Sequence record: MK675901.1
DNA: 32,000 nt
Source of the DNA: Shewanella phage S0112
Direction: 5' to 3' (one strand)
In this document: piece by piece, positions 18,135-27,446 of the stretch
How the letters are laid out: the number at the start of each line of letters is the position of its first letter
Numbering within the stretch: position 1 is the stretch's first letter
The notes under the pieces: generated by a model
The model's input: only the letters and a program-made list of their open reading frames with translations
Databases searched by the model: none
What the model was told of the DNA's origin: nothing
Translations under genes and position numbers: made by a program

Positions 18135-20403
18135 CAGCCAAACAGTTGGTTATAGATATTTTCTTGGGCTGCATATGGCTATATGCTCCGGGCCGATTAC
18201 CTCTGTCAATAAGATATATGTTGGCAAGCGATTAGCTTGGGAAGGCGCTGTTTCCACCAACAGTACCATCGGGATTAATCGGCCAGACCTATTTGGAGGT
18301 GATAAGAAAGAAGGTGGCATTGTAGGAAATTTGGATGTAATGTTCGGTGATTCCACCCAGGTGGTTAATCCTTATTTACAATCGCAACTAGGAGCATTTA
18401 CCCCGTCTTTTAGAGGGGTTGTTTCCATCGTCTTTCGTGCTAGATCTCCATTATCAGGCCTAGGTGGCTTCAGCGATAATTATGTAGCCAATGGAAGCGG
18501 TGGCGGCTATGTAGCGGCTATGAGCCCATACCCGAAGCCTTGGGCATGCGAAGTGACTTATATACCTGGAAAATCGTTATTACCAGCGGCACAAAATATA
18601 AACAGCGGCTCAGCTAATGGTGCCCATATAATCTATGAGCTTTTGACAAACCCTGATTGGGGCTTAGGGCACAATGATCTAAATATAGATATTCCATCTT
18701 TTGAAGCTGCTGCCCAGACTTTGTATGATGAATCATTCGGTTTATCTTTATCTTATGCTAATCAATCCCCGGCAGAAGAGTTCATCGAGAACATTCAAGA
18801 ACTAATTAATAGTGTACTTTATACTGATCCTCAAACTGGGAAGTTTGTACTGAAGCTTATTCGAGATGATTATGATATAAACACTTTACCTGTCTTCGAT
18901 GAAACTAATATAATATCCCTTAATTCTTTTGAGCGTCCAGGTTACGCAGAGCTAGTCAATGAAGCGGTAATTAAATTCCGTAGAAGGGGGGAACTGGTAG
19001 ACTCCTCAGTAACCTTCCAGGATCTTGCTTCTATTCAAGCTCAAGGCGGGGTCATATCCCAGACCTATGATTACAGAGGAATCGATAGTGATAGCATTAT
19101 TGGGAAGGTGGGTATCCGCGCTTTAAAACAAGCTTCTACCCCATTGGCAAGAGTTGAGATTATTGTCAATAGAAAAGGCTGGGATATCCGCCCAGGAGAC
19201 GTAATTAAATTCTCCTGGGACGCATATGGTATCGAGCAGGCAATAATTCGTGTTGTTGATATAGACTATGGGACGTTAACCAACGGACAAATAAGGATTA
19301 AAGGTATCGAGGATATTTTTGGACTCCCTAATAATTCTTATGTTAACCCAGGCTCTACAGCATGGACAGATACAATAGGACCTCCTTTAGCGATCGATAA
19401 CTTTATTTTTGAAGAAGTTCCGTATTATATTCTTGCTACTACCTTTTCGGATGCCGATTTAGCTGTATTAGAAGAAACTGATTGCTTCGTCCTAGCTTCG
19501 GCTGAGAAACCTGCCCAGCCGTCTTTTTCATACCAAATGCATACTAAGATAGGTTCCGGTGGGACTTACGCTTTTGTTGCGACAGGCACTTACCCTGTGG
19601 TATCCACAATTAGTTCTAATGTTGATAGGGTGCAAACTATTATCCCGGTAAACAATGCTACTATATTAGCTTCTTATACAACTGGCTTTTATGGGTTTAT
19701 CGGAGATGAAATTGTACGTTTTGATGGTGCAGATGCCATCAATGGAACAATAACTTTAGGGCGCGGGTGTATGGATACTATCCCGATTGAACATGTCAAT
19801 GGGGATAAGCTTTACTTTGTGCAATTAGGTTCTGCTTTTGATCTTATGAAGTATATAGAATCAGCTGAAATTCGCTGTAAGCTTCTTAATCAAACTAGTG
19901 TTGGTGTTTACGATATTAACCTGGCTAGCGAGAAATCTAAAGTTCTAATTGGGAGGCAAAATGCTCCGTATAGGCCATCCCGGGTAAAGGTCAATGATTT
20001 ATACTTCCCTACTTATATCCAAGGTAAAGGATTTACCCTTACTTGGGACCACCAAGATAGGCTACAGCAAACCGCTGGGGTAGATGATTGGTTTACTTCC
20101 TTTCTAGGAGCTCCGGAGACTGGGGTTTCCTATTGGCTCCGGGTAATTAAGACTTCTCCAGGCACTGCTACTATACTGGCAGAACAGGATATCGGCCCTG
20201 GCACTACCTATAATCTGATTGAAACCGGTATCCCTGTTGGGCAAATCTGGACGGTGGAGGTAAGACTTTATGCAAAAAGAGATGGCGAATCAAGCAGGCT
20301 TTTTGAACACTCCTTTACCCTTGATAATCCTGCTATGGTTCGGATAACGGAGACTGGCGATACCCGAATCACAGAATCTAATGATAGGCGAATATTGGAG
20401 TAA
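18121..20403 (+). CDS. tail tip / host-specificity hub protein (main part)
   Basis: 760 aa; GGSSSQTVGYRYFLGLHMAICSGPITSVNKIYVGKRLAWEG; NWGLGHNDLNIDIPSFEAAAQTLYDESFGLSLSYA; VEIIVNRKGWDIRPGDVIKFSW. Confidence 0.8.
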   Translation: MGGSSSQTVGYRYFLGLHMAICSGPITSVNKIYVGKRLAWEGAVSTNSTIGINRPDLFGGDKKEGGIVGNLDVMFGDSTQVVNPYLQSQLGAFTPSFRGVVSIVFRARSPLSGLGGFSDNYVANGSGGGYVAAMSPYPKPWACEVTYIPGKSLLPAAQNINSGSANGAHIIYELLTNPDWGLGHNDLNIDIPSFEAAAQTLYDESFGLSLSYANQSPAEEFIENIQELINSVLYTDPQTGKFVLKLIRDDYDINTLPVFDETNIISLNSFERPGYAELVNEAVIKFRRRGELVDSSVTFQDLASIQAQGGVISQTYDYRGIDSDSIIGKVGIRALKQASTPLARVEIIVNRKGWDIRPGDVIKFSWDAYGIEQAIIRVVDIDYGTLTNGQIRIKGIEDIFGLPNNSYVNPGSTAWTDTIGPPLAIDNFIFEEVPYYILATTFSDADLAVLEETDCFVLASAEKPAQPSFSYQMHTKIGSGGTYAFVATGTYPVVSTISSNVDRVQTIIPVNNATILASYTTGFYGFIGDEIVRFDGADAINGTITLGRGCMDTIPIEHVNGDKLYFVQLGSAFDLMKYIESAEIRCKLLNQTSVGVYDINLASEKSKVLIGRQNAPYRPSRVKVNDLYFPTYIQGKGFTLTWDHQDRLQQTAGVDDWFTSFLGAPETGVSYWLRVIKTSPGTATILAEQDIGPGTTYNLIETGIPVGQIWTVEVRLYAKRDGESSRLFEHSFTLDNPAMVRITETGDTRITESNDRRILE

Positions 20404-20405
20404 TT

Positions 20406-20837
20406 ATGGCTGATGTAAAAATAACCCAGCTTGATCCAGGGGTAGACCCAGTAGGCGACGAGCTTGTTGAGGCGGTGCAGAGTGGTGGTAGTGTTAGGCT
20501 TACCTTAGATCAGATTAAAAAAGCTCAGATGGTCACTTCTGGGTCAGCGGCATATACCCTACTTCTAACGGATAGATTTAAGATACTTGAAATGACCTCT
20601 GCCAGTGCTAATACGGTAACCATACCCCCTGACTCCTCGGTGGACTTTCCGATAGGGGCTGCAATTATAGTAAGACAGTTTGGTGCTGGGGCAACCAGCA
20701 TCCTTGCTGGGGTTGGCGTCACCGCCCTACATAAAGCTTCGGTTACCCTTACCCTTTTTGAACAGTATTCAGAAGTTGTCCTACAAAAAAGAGCTGCTAA
20801 TTCTTGGCTTGTAACAGGGGAGTTAACACCGGCATGA
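20406..20837 (+). CDS. small tail fiber-associated protein
   Basis: 143 aa, MADVKITQLDPGVDPVGDELVEAVQSGGSVRLTLDQIK, typical N-terminus of phage fiber proteins; ATGA overlap with the next gene. Confidence 0.6.
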   Translation: MADVKITQLDPGVDPVGDELVEAVQSGGSVRLTLDQIKKAQMVTSGSAAYTLLLTDRFKILEMTSASANTVTIPPDSSVDFPIGAAIIVRQFGAGATSILAGVGVTALHKASVTLTLFEQYSEVVLQKRAANSWLVTGELTPA

Positions 20838-23053
20838 TTAGTTTAATACACCAAGGTATTATTGCTGCTGCCGGTGGGCTAGCTCAGACTTTTCAATTAA
20901 TACCATCTCCTTTATTCTTAGACGGGCAATGGTGGTCTTTTATTGATCAGGATTCAGGCTCGACATCTGCTCCAAGCCCCGTGGTAAGCTCCCGCTCAGC
21001 TTCTGCTACAGATATTAGTTCCTTTACTGTGGAGAATGTTACTACTGGCGCATCGAATGGTGGAGGAATAACCGCTATCGGGAATGGTAAGGTTCTACGC
21101 CAGTTCTCAACTAACCTCCTAGTTAAGGATCTCACTACCCCGACTTCTAACTGGGATTCTTACAACCTCAGTGTAATTCCTGGTGGGCATATAGGGGGAG
21201 GGAGCCCAGTTATATCCTATGCTCCTGGACCAGGGCTGTTTATTCTACATAAAAGTGGGAAGGATCTTTATTCTAGTCCAGATGCCGTTACCTGGACGGC
21301 GTATGACCCAGTCACGGACAATCAGTTATCCACCCTAATGGATAGTCCTAAGATTTTCCATAATGGCTCTACCTATGTAGCTATAGGCCATCCGACCGGT
21401 GATACCAGCCAGCTAATTTTTGCTACTTCTTCTGACCTAAGTACTTGGACCAGTGCCGGATCACCCCATGCAGTTACCGATGCCTTATTCATTAGGTTTT
21501 TCGAATATAAAGGAAAATTCTTTTATATTCCTATTAGTGCAGCACTCCCGGTTATACATAGTTCCACTGACCTTATCACATGGACTCCTCTTTATACCCC
21601 AACTACTAATGTATCTCTTTTAAGCTCAAGACCTTTAGTTACCAGTGGAAGACTAAGCTTTCTTGGGTCTAAAGAAATCTATACCGATGATGGGCTGACT
21701 TTTAATGAGAGATTACCTGTAATTAATTTCAGAGCAGTTTTTAGTGAAGAGCCATACAGTAGTCTTACAGGGGCTCCACTTATTGGAAACAATGGGATAA
21801 CTTCTTACCCGGCATTTTTAGCATTTAGGCAAAATGAATCAACTAAGAATGGGGGTAGACTGTACTCTGTTAATCCATTAACCTTTTCCCCAACACTGGA
21901 GATCCCTGCTGACGCTGATTATGGGAATATTGTTGGTCTTTGTGGTTTAGTTGGTAACTCCATTATCGGCCCGGATAACTTCACGGTTGGAGGAGACCTT
22001 AAGTATGGATATTATGCAAAAAATAGTAGCCATGGAAACACCTATTTTGAAATCAAGGTTATCTCGAAAACTACGGATGATGGAGAATTTGGTTTAGATG
22101 CTGTTTACTTTACAAATAACTATCAACCTGCCGGGAAAAAAGTAGGTGCTTATCTCAGGATGAATGGGGACCTAGCTATTTATAATGAAACATTATCCAC
22201 GGTAACCCTATCTAATATTACTACTCCTTTGGTAGCAGAAGATATAATTGGTTTCCTCTTTAATGGTGTTTCTGAAACACTCGAGATACATAGGAATGGC
22301 GCTCTTTTGGCGACCGTCACCGATCTAGCAACTTCAGCCTATAGTTTTTCCCAAAGATTAGATGGATCCGGCTGTCGTTTAAAATTGAATCTGGGGCAAG
22401 AATTATTTTCTTACCCTGCCGCAAATTCTCAGCATTGGGGGAGCGTAGAAGACTTAAGCGTAGCTTCTTTTACAGCAGACTATGAATCAGGGAGCGAAGT
22501 AGTCACCAAAACTTACCCTGCCCCATCTGGGATAATTCCTGGGAATACCATGATAGCAATTTTGATGGGAAGAGGCCCAGACCAAACTACAGCTTTAACA
22601 GGAGGCTGGACTTATCTTGGTAGGTATGCTGGGTTAGCTCCTGGAGAAACATTTGAGCAATATTTTGAGGTATTCTATAAAACAGCAACTAATGCTGAAC
22701 CAGGGGTATACCAACACTCTAATGGATTGGCTGACCGAAAATCGGGGGTCATTGTACAGCTTTCTCGGCAGTGCCATATACGGGATATAAGACTTTATGA
22801 ATCTGGAACCGAACCAATTATCCTTCCTTTTCAACCGGCAGGTTTTAAGCTTGGAAGTTTTATAACTCTTGACGGGTCCCATACCGTTTCCCTTGATCCG
22901 TCGGTAACTGCTATAGGTCCAGTAACTGGCACGAGTCTAAGACAAACTGCGTTTACCCTCTTCGATGAAGCCCCTTCCTTAAGTTTCGAGTATGTTGGTC
23001 CACAGTCTGCATATGACCCAATATTAGCTACAATTATATTAGACCTAATTTAG
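20834..23053 (+). CDS. receptor-binding tail protein with beta-propeller-like repeats and a SPRY-like domain
   Basis: 739 aa from MISLIHQGIIAAAG; repeated Asp-box-like segments (YSSPDAVTWTAY, FATSSDLSTWTSA, IHSSTDLITWTPL, YTDDGLTFNERL), then NTYFEIKVISKTTDDGEFGLDAVYF...GAYLRMNGDLAIYN...HRNG of SPRY type. Confidence 0.6.
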   Translation: MISLIHQGIIAAAGGLAQTFQLIPSPLFLDGQWWSFIDQDSGSTSAPSPVVSSRSASATDISSFTVENVTTGASNGGGITAIGNGKVLRQFSTNLLVKDLTTPTSNWDSYNLSVIPGGHIGGGSPVISYAPGPGLFILHKSGKDLYSSPDAVTWTAYDPVTDNQLSTLMDSPKIFHNGSTYVAIGHPTGDTSQLIFATSSDLSTWTSAGSPHAVTDALFIRFFEYKGKFFYIPISAALPVIHSSTDLITWTPLYTPTTNVSLLSSRPLVTSGRLSFLGSKEIYTDDGLTFNERLPVINFRAVFSEEPYSSLTGAPLIGNNGITSYPAFLAFRQNESTKNGGRLYSVNPLTFSPTLEIPADADYGNIVGLCGLVGNSIIGPDNFTVGGDLKYGYYAKNSSHGNTYFEIKVISKTTDDGEFGLDAVYFTNNYQPAGKKVGAYLRMNGDLAIYNETLSTVTLSNITTPLVAEDIIGFLFNGVSETLEIHRNGALLATVTDLATSAYSFSQRLDGSGCRLKLNLGQELFSYPAANSQHWGSVEDLSVASFTADYESGSEVVTKTYPAPSGIIPGNTMIAILMGRGPDQTTALTGGWTYLGRYAGLAPGETFEQYFEVFYKTATNAEPGVYQHSNGLADRKSGVIVQLSRQCHIRDIRLYESGTEPIILPFQPAGFKLGSFITLDGSHTVSLDPSVTAIGPVTGTSLRQTAFTLFDEAPSLSFEYVGPQSAYDPILATIILDLI

Positions 23054-23079
23054 GATCAACATTGCCGGGATGGCATGGC

Positions 23080-23112
23080 AAGCGGTATTATTCAGTTAAT
23101 ACCGCTTTTATT
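23080..23112 (+). terminator. Rho-independent terminator after the tail gene block
   Basis: Perfect 10-bp inverted repeat AAGCGGTATT (23080-23089) / AATACCGCTT (23098-23107), short loop, then TTATTTG. Confidence 0.75.
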
Positions 23113-23131
23113 TGTTTAAAAGGATGGAAAT

Positions 23132-23569
23132 ATGTGGATTAAATCTCTCATTGCAGGTATCTTCTTGGTGATTACCCTATCCCTAGGTGGATGCTCTGTT
23201 ACTTCAGGCTCTGCAGATTCAAATCTTGGTGAGGCGCTAACCAAAACGGCGGTAATCGGAGGAACTTGGAAACTAATTGATGGCGATGCTAATAAGCAAG
23301 AAAAGGTCGCTATTATTAGTGCTAAGATCATTCATTACCTCGAAGAGAACCCTGAAATTGATCCTTCTTTAATTTCCGATTTTATGCTTACCTTAATTCC
23401 CTGGGACAAGCTAAGTCTTGAAGAAAGACTCTTAGCTGAAACACTTTTTACTTTGATTCAAGACGAAATTAAAGATCACATCGCTATCGGAGCTATTCCT
23501 AAGGACGTTCTATTGCGGATAAAAACAATCATCGGCTGGATTAATACAGCCGCAATAACTGCTCAATAA
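23132..23569 (+). CDS. predicted lipoprotein of unknown function
   Basis: 145 aa; signal peptide with lipobox (MWIKSLIAGIFLVITLSLGGC); RBS AAAGGATGG. Confidence 0.65.
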   Translation: MWIKSLIAGIFLVITLSLGGCSVTSGSADSNLGEALTKTAVIGGTWKLIDGDANKQEKVAIISAKIIHYLEENPEIDPSLISDFMLTLIPWDKLSLEERLLAETLFTLIQDEIKDHIAIGAIPKDVLLRIKTIIGWINTAAITAQ

Positions 23570-23589
23570 TATTATGTTAAGGTAATTCT

Positions 23590-23982
23590 ATGATTTACCT
23601 TTTTCTAGTTATAGGTACTACCATCCTAGCGATGGTATCGAAGTCTCCAATTATATGGAGATGCGGAACTGTCTTTTGGATTCAACAGATAAGTGCGTAT
23701 ATGCTGGCTTACTTAGTTCAAGATACTAAAATGCTGCTTTGGCTTTTCACTGGTATCTGGATATTATCCTTTATGCTATACGGCCGGGTAAGGAAAAGAT
23801 TTCCACATGGATTGGCGCAATACTTGATTTGGTTAAATTTGCTAATCTTGGTTCTTTTCTGGGTAACTGTTTATGATCTCATACTTATTCTTCATTGCTC
23901 AACTTTCTTCTCAGCAATGGTTATACTAACGGCTCTATGTCTAAATATAAAGAAAAACCCCACAGAAATGGATACCGAATAA
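23590..23982 (+). CDS. integral membrane protein of unknown function
   Basis: 130 aa with about four hydrophobic segments; start after AAGGTAATTCT. Confidence 0.6.
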   Translation: MIYLFLVIGTTILAMVSKSPIIWRCGTVFWIQQISAYMLAYLVQDTKMLLWLFTGIWILSFMLYGRVRKRFPHGLAQYLIWLNLLILVLFWVTVYDLILILHCSTFFSAMVILTALCLNIKKNPTEMDTE

Positions 23983-23991
23983 GAGGTTTGT

Positions 23992-24258
23992 ATGGCTGGC
24001 GATAAAGAGCAAGTTATTACCTTGACTGAAGCCCAATTGAAAGCTCTCATGACCGAGGCTGTAAAGGATGCCTTTACCTCCCTCGGGATTGAGCATAATT
24101 CTCCCATTGAAATGCAGAAAGATTTTATTCACCTGCGGGAATGGAGAACGTCTACCGAAGCGATCAAAAGAAAAGGACTACTTACCCTAGTTGGTGTCGC
24201 AGTCCTTTTTATCGCCGGGGCTATAGCTGCGGCTGCTAAAGAATATTTCACTAATTAA
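23992..24258 (+). CDS. small single-TM protein, holin-like candidate
   Basis: 88 aa; charged N-terminal helix (VITLTEAQLKALMTEAVKDAF) and one C-terminal hydrophobic helix (GLLTLVGVAVLFIAGAIAAAA); SD GAGG. Confidence 0.55.
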   Translation: MAGDKEQVITLTEAQLKALMTEAVKDAFTSLGIEHNSPIEMQKDFIHLREWRTSTEAIKRKGLLTLVGVAVLFIAGAIAAAAKEYFTN

Positions 24259-26246
24259 TCTTCTATAGCTTCTACATGGCCCCAGTCGGGGCCAATTTCT
24301 CCGTCCGCTTTAACTGGGATTTTCAGCTTAATTGCTGTTTCCATGATTCTTTGCATTTCCTTAAATCCGTCATCTACCCCGCCTTTATCACTGAAATCCA
24401 TTTCATCATGTACGGTTAGCCTGGGCACTCCAATATAATCGAATACACCGTCTTTATAACATTTGTGCATAGCTTTCTTCATTAGATCAGCCGCAGAACC
24501 CTGGAGCCTTCTATTCAGCGCCTTGTGGGTATAGGCTCTCTTAATGTCGCCGTATCGCCTAATAGCTTTATCAAAGGGTAAAGCTATTCCTTTTGACCCC
24601 CATGCCGCTGGTTCCCAAAGCTCGAATTGCGATCTTCTACCAAGTATTGTGGTAATAAGCCCAGTTTTTTGTGCTTCATCCATACAAGCATTCATAGTAG
24701 GCTTGGCAAAGTCTACTGCGTCAAAGTAAGCATTAATCAAATCTGCAGCGTCTTTTTTTGATAATCCAAGGTCATTGGCTAGCTTAGCTAAGCCCATTCC
24801 ATAGATCAGGCCAAAGTTAATATTCTTGATAGGTTTACGTTCAATCCACCTCCCAAGCTTATCGAAAATTAGCTTCTGGGCAAAATCATGGTAGTCGGTA
24901 TCAGGGTGTTCGTTAAAGAACCTCCTAGCGCGATCTCCTGCTGCCCCAACCGCATAATGAACCATGAAGCGGTATTCAATCTGGCTATAGTCATATTTTC
25001 TCCAAGCTACATGCCCAGGGTCCGGTATAAACATACCCCGGATCATTGGTGCTAGAACTGGGTCCCTGGATGGGATATTCTGGAGATTAGGGGTTGAGCT
25101 GCTATAGCGTCCGCTTCGTGTGCCGCCATCGTCCCCCCTTAACGGATGAAACTGCCCATAGACCTTCCCATTAATATGAGAATTTAGTATAGCCCCTTCC
25201 ACGAAAGTACCGCGCAACTTCTGGAGCTTACGTATTTCATTAATTAACGCACCAACAGGGTCTGTTAATGTTTCTAGGAACTCTTTTCTAAAGCTTGGAT
25301 TACCTTTTGCGGTGGTTGGGTAATATAAGCCGTTCTTATCAAATACCCTTTTTAAGTGATCAGTGGCATTAACATTAACTCCGAATCCAGCTATATAATC
25401 AAGATTGGATTGTAGCTCTGATTCCTTCTGGAGCATAATATCTCTTGTTTCTTCAGCATAAGCTAGATTAACGGATACCCCCTCAAAACGCATATCAATG
25501 TACAGAGGGATCATTTCACATTCCATTATGAAGAGATCGAGGAGTCCAAGCTTATCTAACGCTTCCCATTGCTTCCGAAGAACCATGACTGGCAGGTAAG
25601 CATCAGATTCCGCGTATGGACCAACCAAACAAGGGGGAGAGCGGTATATATTCTTCCTTTGCTTCTGTCCTGGATTTCCGCCGTAATACTTGGCACACCA
25701 TTCGTACAGCTCGTTACTTTCTTTCCCCATCCCCAAATAGCGTTGTGCTAAGTCTTCGAGGGCAACAGTCATTGACTCATATAATATAGCTTCAGCATAT
25801 TGTACGTCATAGATTGGCCCTTTTACCTCAATCCCTTCCTGGCGCAGCCATCCGATATCGTAAATAATGTTAGCCCCTACTTTAGCCTGATTCGGATCGC
25901 TAACCACATATTTAACCCAATCTAAGACCATTTCTGGTGGTAGATTGTCTTCTGGCATGATTTCATGGCGAATTGGAAAATACCAGCCATTACCAGCATC
26001 ATCCCCAATTGCTATGCCAACAACATGTCCTACCCCACGAGCCCATCCTGGGCCATTGTCTTCTAGTTCTGGGTCGTATGTTTCTAAGTCTATAGAGATT
26101 GTAGAAGAATTAGAAAGATCTGGAAATGAAGTCGGAGCTCTCCAACCAGTATCCGGGATTGGCGGCATAACCCTAGAAACTTCGCCCCTCTTACGAGAAA
26201 CTGGCACATCCTCCCAGAACATGCCTATATTATCAAATCTAGCCAT
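24255..26246 (-). CDS. family A DNA polymerase with 3'-5' exonuclease domain
   Basis: 663 aa from MARFDNIGMF (TAATAATG junction with the upstream clamp ORF; the ORF track extends to 26300). Exo DLE (SIDLETYD), NIIYDIGWL; polymerase motif A DYSQIEYR, motif B KNINFGLIYG, motif C VHDEMD. Confidence 0.95.
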   Translation of the reverse strand: MARFDNIGMFWEDVPVSRKRGEVSRVMPPIPDTGWRAPTSFPDLSNSSTISIDLETYDPELEDNGPGWARGVGHVVGIAIGDDAGNGWYFPIRHEIMPEDNLPPEMVLDWVKYVVSDPNQAKVGANIIYDIGWLRQEGIEVKGPIYDVQYAEAILYESMTVALEDLAQRYLGMGKESNELYEWCAKYYGGNPGQKQRKNIYRSPPCLVGPYAESDAYLPVMVLRKQWEALDKLGLLDLFIMECEMIPLYIDMRFEGVSVNLAYAEETRDIMLQKESELQSNLDYIAGFGVNVNATDHLKRVFDKNGLYYPTTAKGNPSFRKEFLETLTDPVGALINEIRKLQKLRGTFVEGAILNSHINGKVYGQFHPLRGDDGGTRSGRYSSSTPNLQNIPSRDPVLAPMIRGMFIPDPGHVAWRKYDYSQIEYRFMVHYAVGAAGDRARRFFNEHPDTDYHDFAQKLIFDKLGRWIERKPIKNINFGLIYGMGLAKLANDLGLSKKDAADLINAYFDAVDFAKPTMNACMDEAQKTGLITTILGRRSQFELWEPAAWGSKGIALPFDKAIRRYGDIKRAYTHKALNRRLQGSAADLMKKAMHKCYKDGVFDYIGVPRLTVHDEMDFSDKGGVDDGFKEMQRIMETAIKLKIPVKADGEIGPDWGHVEAIED

Positions 26247-26248
26247 TA

Positions 26249-27199
26249 TTAACGTATCCCAACGATAGCCCCACGCATGCCGTTTCCGTAGAAAAGACAA
26301 GGCTGCGGGTAAGCATAAAGATCAATAGTTTCAATGATCTTTTCAAGAGATAGGAAGAGCTTAGCATTAAGGATAGTCTTTTCTACCTTTAGGCCATCAG
26401 CTTCGTAGCTTGCTCCAACTCCTTCTTCTACAGAAGTGAATAACCCTTCCGGGGTTAAGATTAGTCTTCCTACCTCATCCGTAAACGGGATTAGATCAGG
26501 TATATTTGGAAATACCCAATCTGGTAATTCAGCCGGGTTACTATCCCTGTCGAGAACCTTGTTAATATCCGGCCAATCGAGGTCGATTAAGGCAGTTCTT
26601 AACCATCTCCCATCGGCATAATAGAAGATTGCGTAGTCTTCAGACATACTAATATGGGTTGGTGCCTCTTTAACCCGCAGGAGTTCTTTAACCGCCTTAT
26701 GTGGAATATTTACTCTAACTGGAAAAGCTGTCTCCAACCAAAATTGGACTATTACAATATTATTAGTTGCAGTCAGGGTCTGGCCGTCAATTAAAACACC
26801 GCGAGCCCAGGGTCTTGAGGCATCTTCAGCCATGAAAGGAGCTGCTGTTGCCAATGCCTCCATAAAATCGGTATCGAGTGCTATACGCTCCCCTTCCGGC
26901 TCTAACTCTGGATAAACTCCTTCTGTACATTCTACGAAAGCCTTGAATTTCCCTGAGCGTATGGAAAGCCTTCCCGTCGGGGTTATATGCATGCTTGTCG
27001 ATTCTTTACAGGCTTCAATTGCCTTGATGAAGGGGATTGCCTTCGGGGTAGCCTCCAAAGCTAGGTCGATAGGGCTTGCGAGGGCTATCGAGCCATTGTA
27101 GCCCTTAATATACCCATCCTTTATGCAAAAATGGGTTAATTCAGGAACAAAGTCTTTAGTAGCGACTGCCCCTTTAACGAATTTTAGTGCTTCTAGCAT
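26249..27199 (-). CDS. DNA polymerase III beta subunit-like sliding clamp
   Basis: 316 aa; LEALKFVKGAVATKDFVPELTHFCIKDGYIKGYNGSIALASPI and GKFKAFVECTEGVYPELEPEG follow the DnaN domain pattern; located upstream of the polymerase. Confidence 0.75.
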   Translation of the reverse strand: MLEALKFVKGAVATKDFVPELTHFCIKDGYIKGYNGSIALASPIDLALEATPKAIPFIKAIEACKESTSMHITPTGRLSIRSGKFKAFVECTEGVYPELEPEGERIALDTDFMEALATAAPFMAEDASRPWARGVLIDGQTLTATNNIVIVQFWLETAFPVRVNIPHKAVKELLRVKEAPTHISMSEDYAIFYYADGRWLRTALIDLDWPDINKVLDRDSNPAELPDWVFPNIPDLIPFTDEVGRLILTPEGLFTSVEEGVGASYEADGLKVEKTILNAKLFLSLEKIIETIDLYAYPQPCLFYGNGMRGAIVGIR

Positions 27200-27446
27200 C
27201 TCTCTTCCTTAACCATTGGTGAAAGCGGATTGCTGCAACTCCCCCAATAGCGCCTCCGGTAGCTAACGGAATAAAGATTCCCCACCCTTTAGTTGCTATC
27301 AAGGTAATGCTGATGATTTCAAAAGCAGTAATTAAGTAGCTTGTCAAAAATACCCTGGTAAGTTCTCCGGCCATTATGTTTCGCTGCTGAAAAACCTTTA
27401 GAAAGACATATATTAATGGAACAGTAAAAGCGGTTAAGTATAGCAT
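27174..27446 (-). CDS. small membrane protein of unknown function
   Basis: 90 aa, 2-3 hydrophobic segments; start overlaps the dpdA stop (TGATG). An internal start at 27374 (MAGELTRVF...) is also possible. Confidence 0.55.
   Translation of the reverse strand: MLYLTAFTVPLIYVFLKVFQQRNIMAGELTRVFLTSYLITAFEIISITLIATKGWGIFIPLATGGAIGGVAAIRFHQWLRKRDARSTKIR

Noticed and set aside
13165-20833. N-terminal extensions in the ORF track at 13165, 15193, 16842, 17635 and 20804.
   Set aside because: Internal ATGs at 13219, 15223, 16872, 17713 and 20834 sit at gene junctions and give typical N-termini; the extensions overlap upstream coding sequence.
23992-24258. Firm assignment as holin.
   Set aside because: Only size and one TM helix support it; no adjacent endolysin was identified, so only a candidate label is given.
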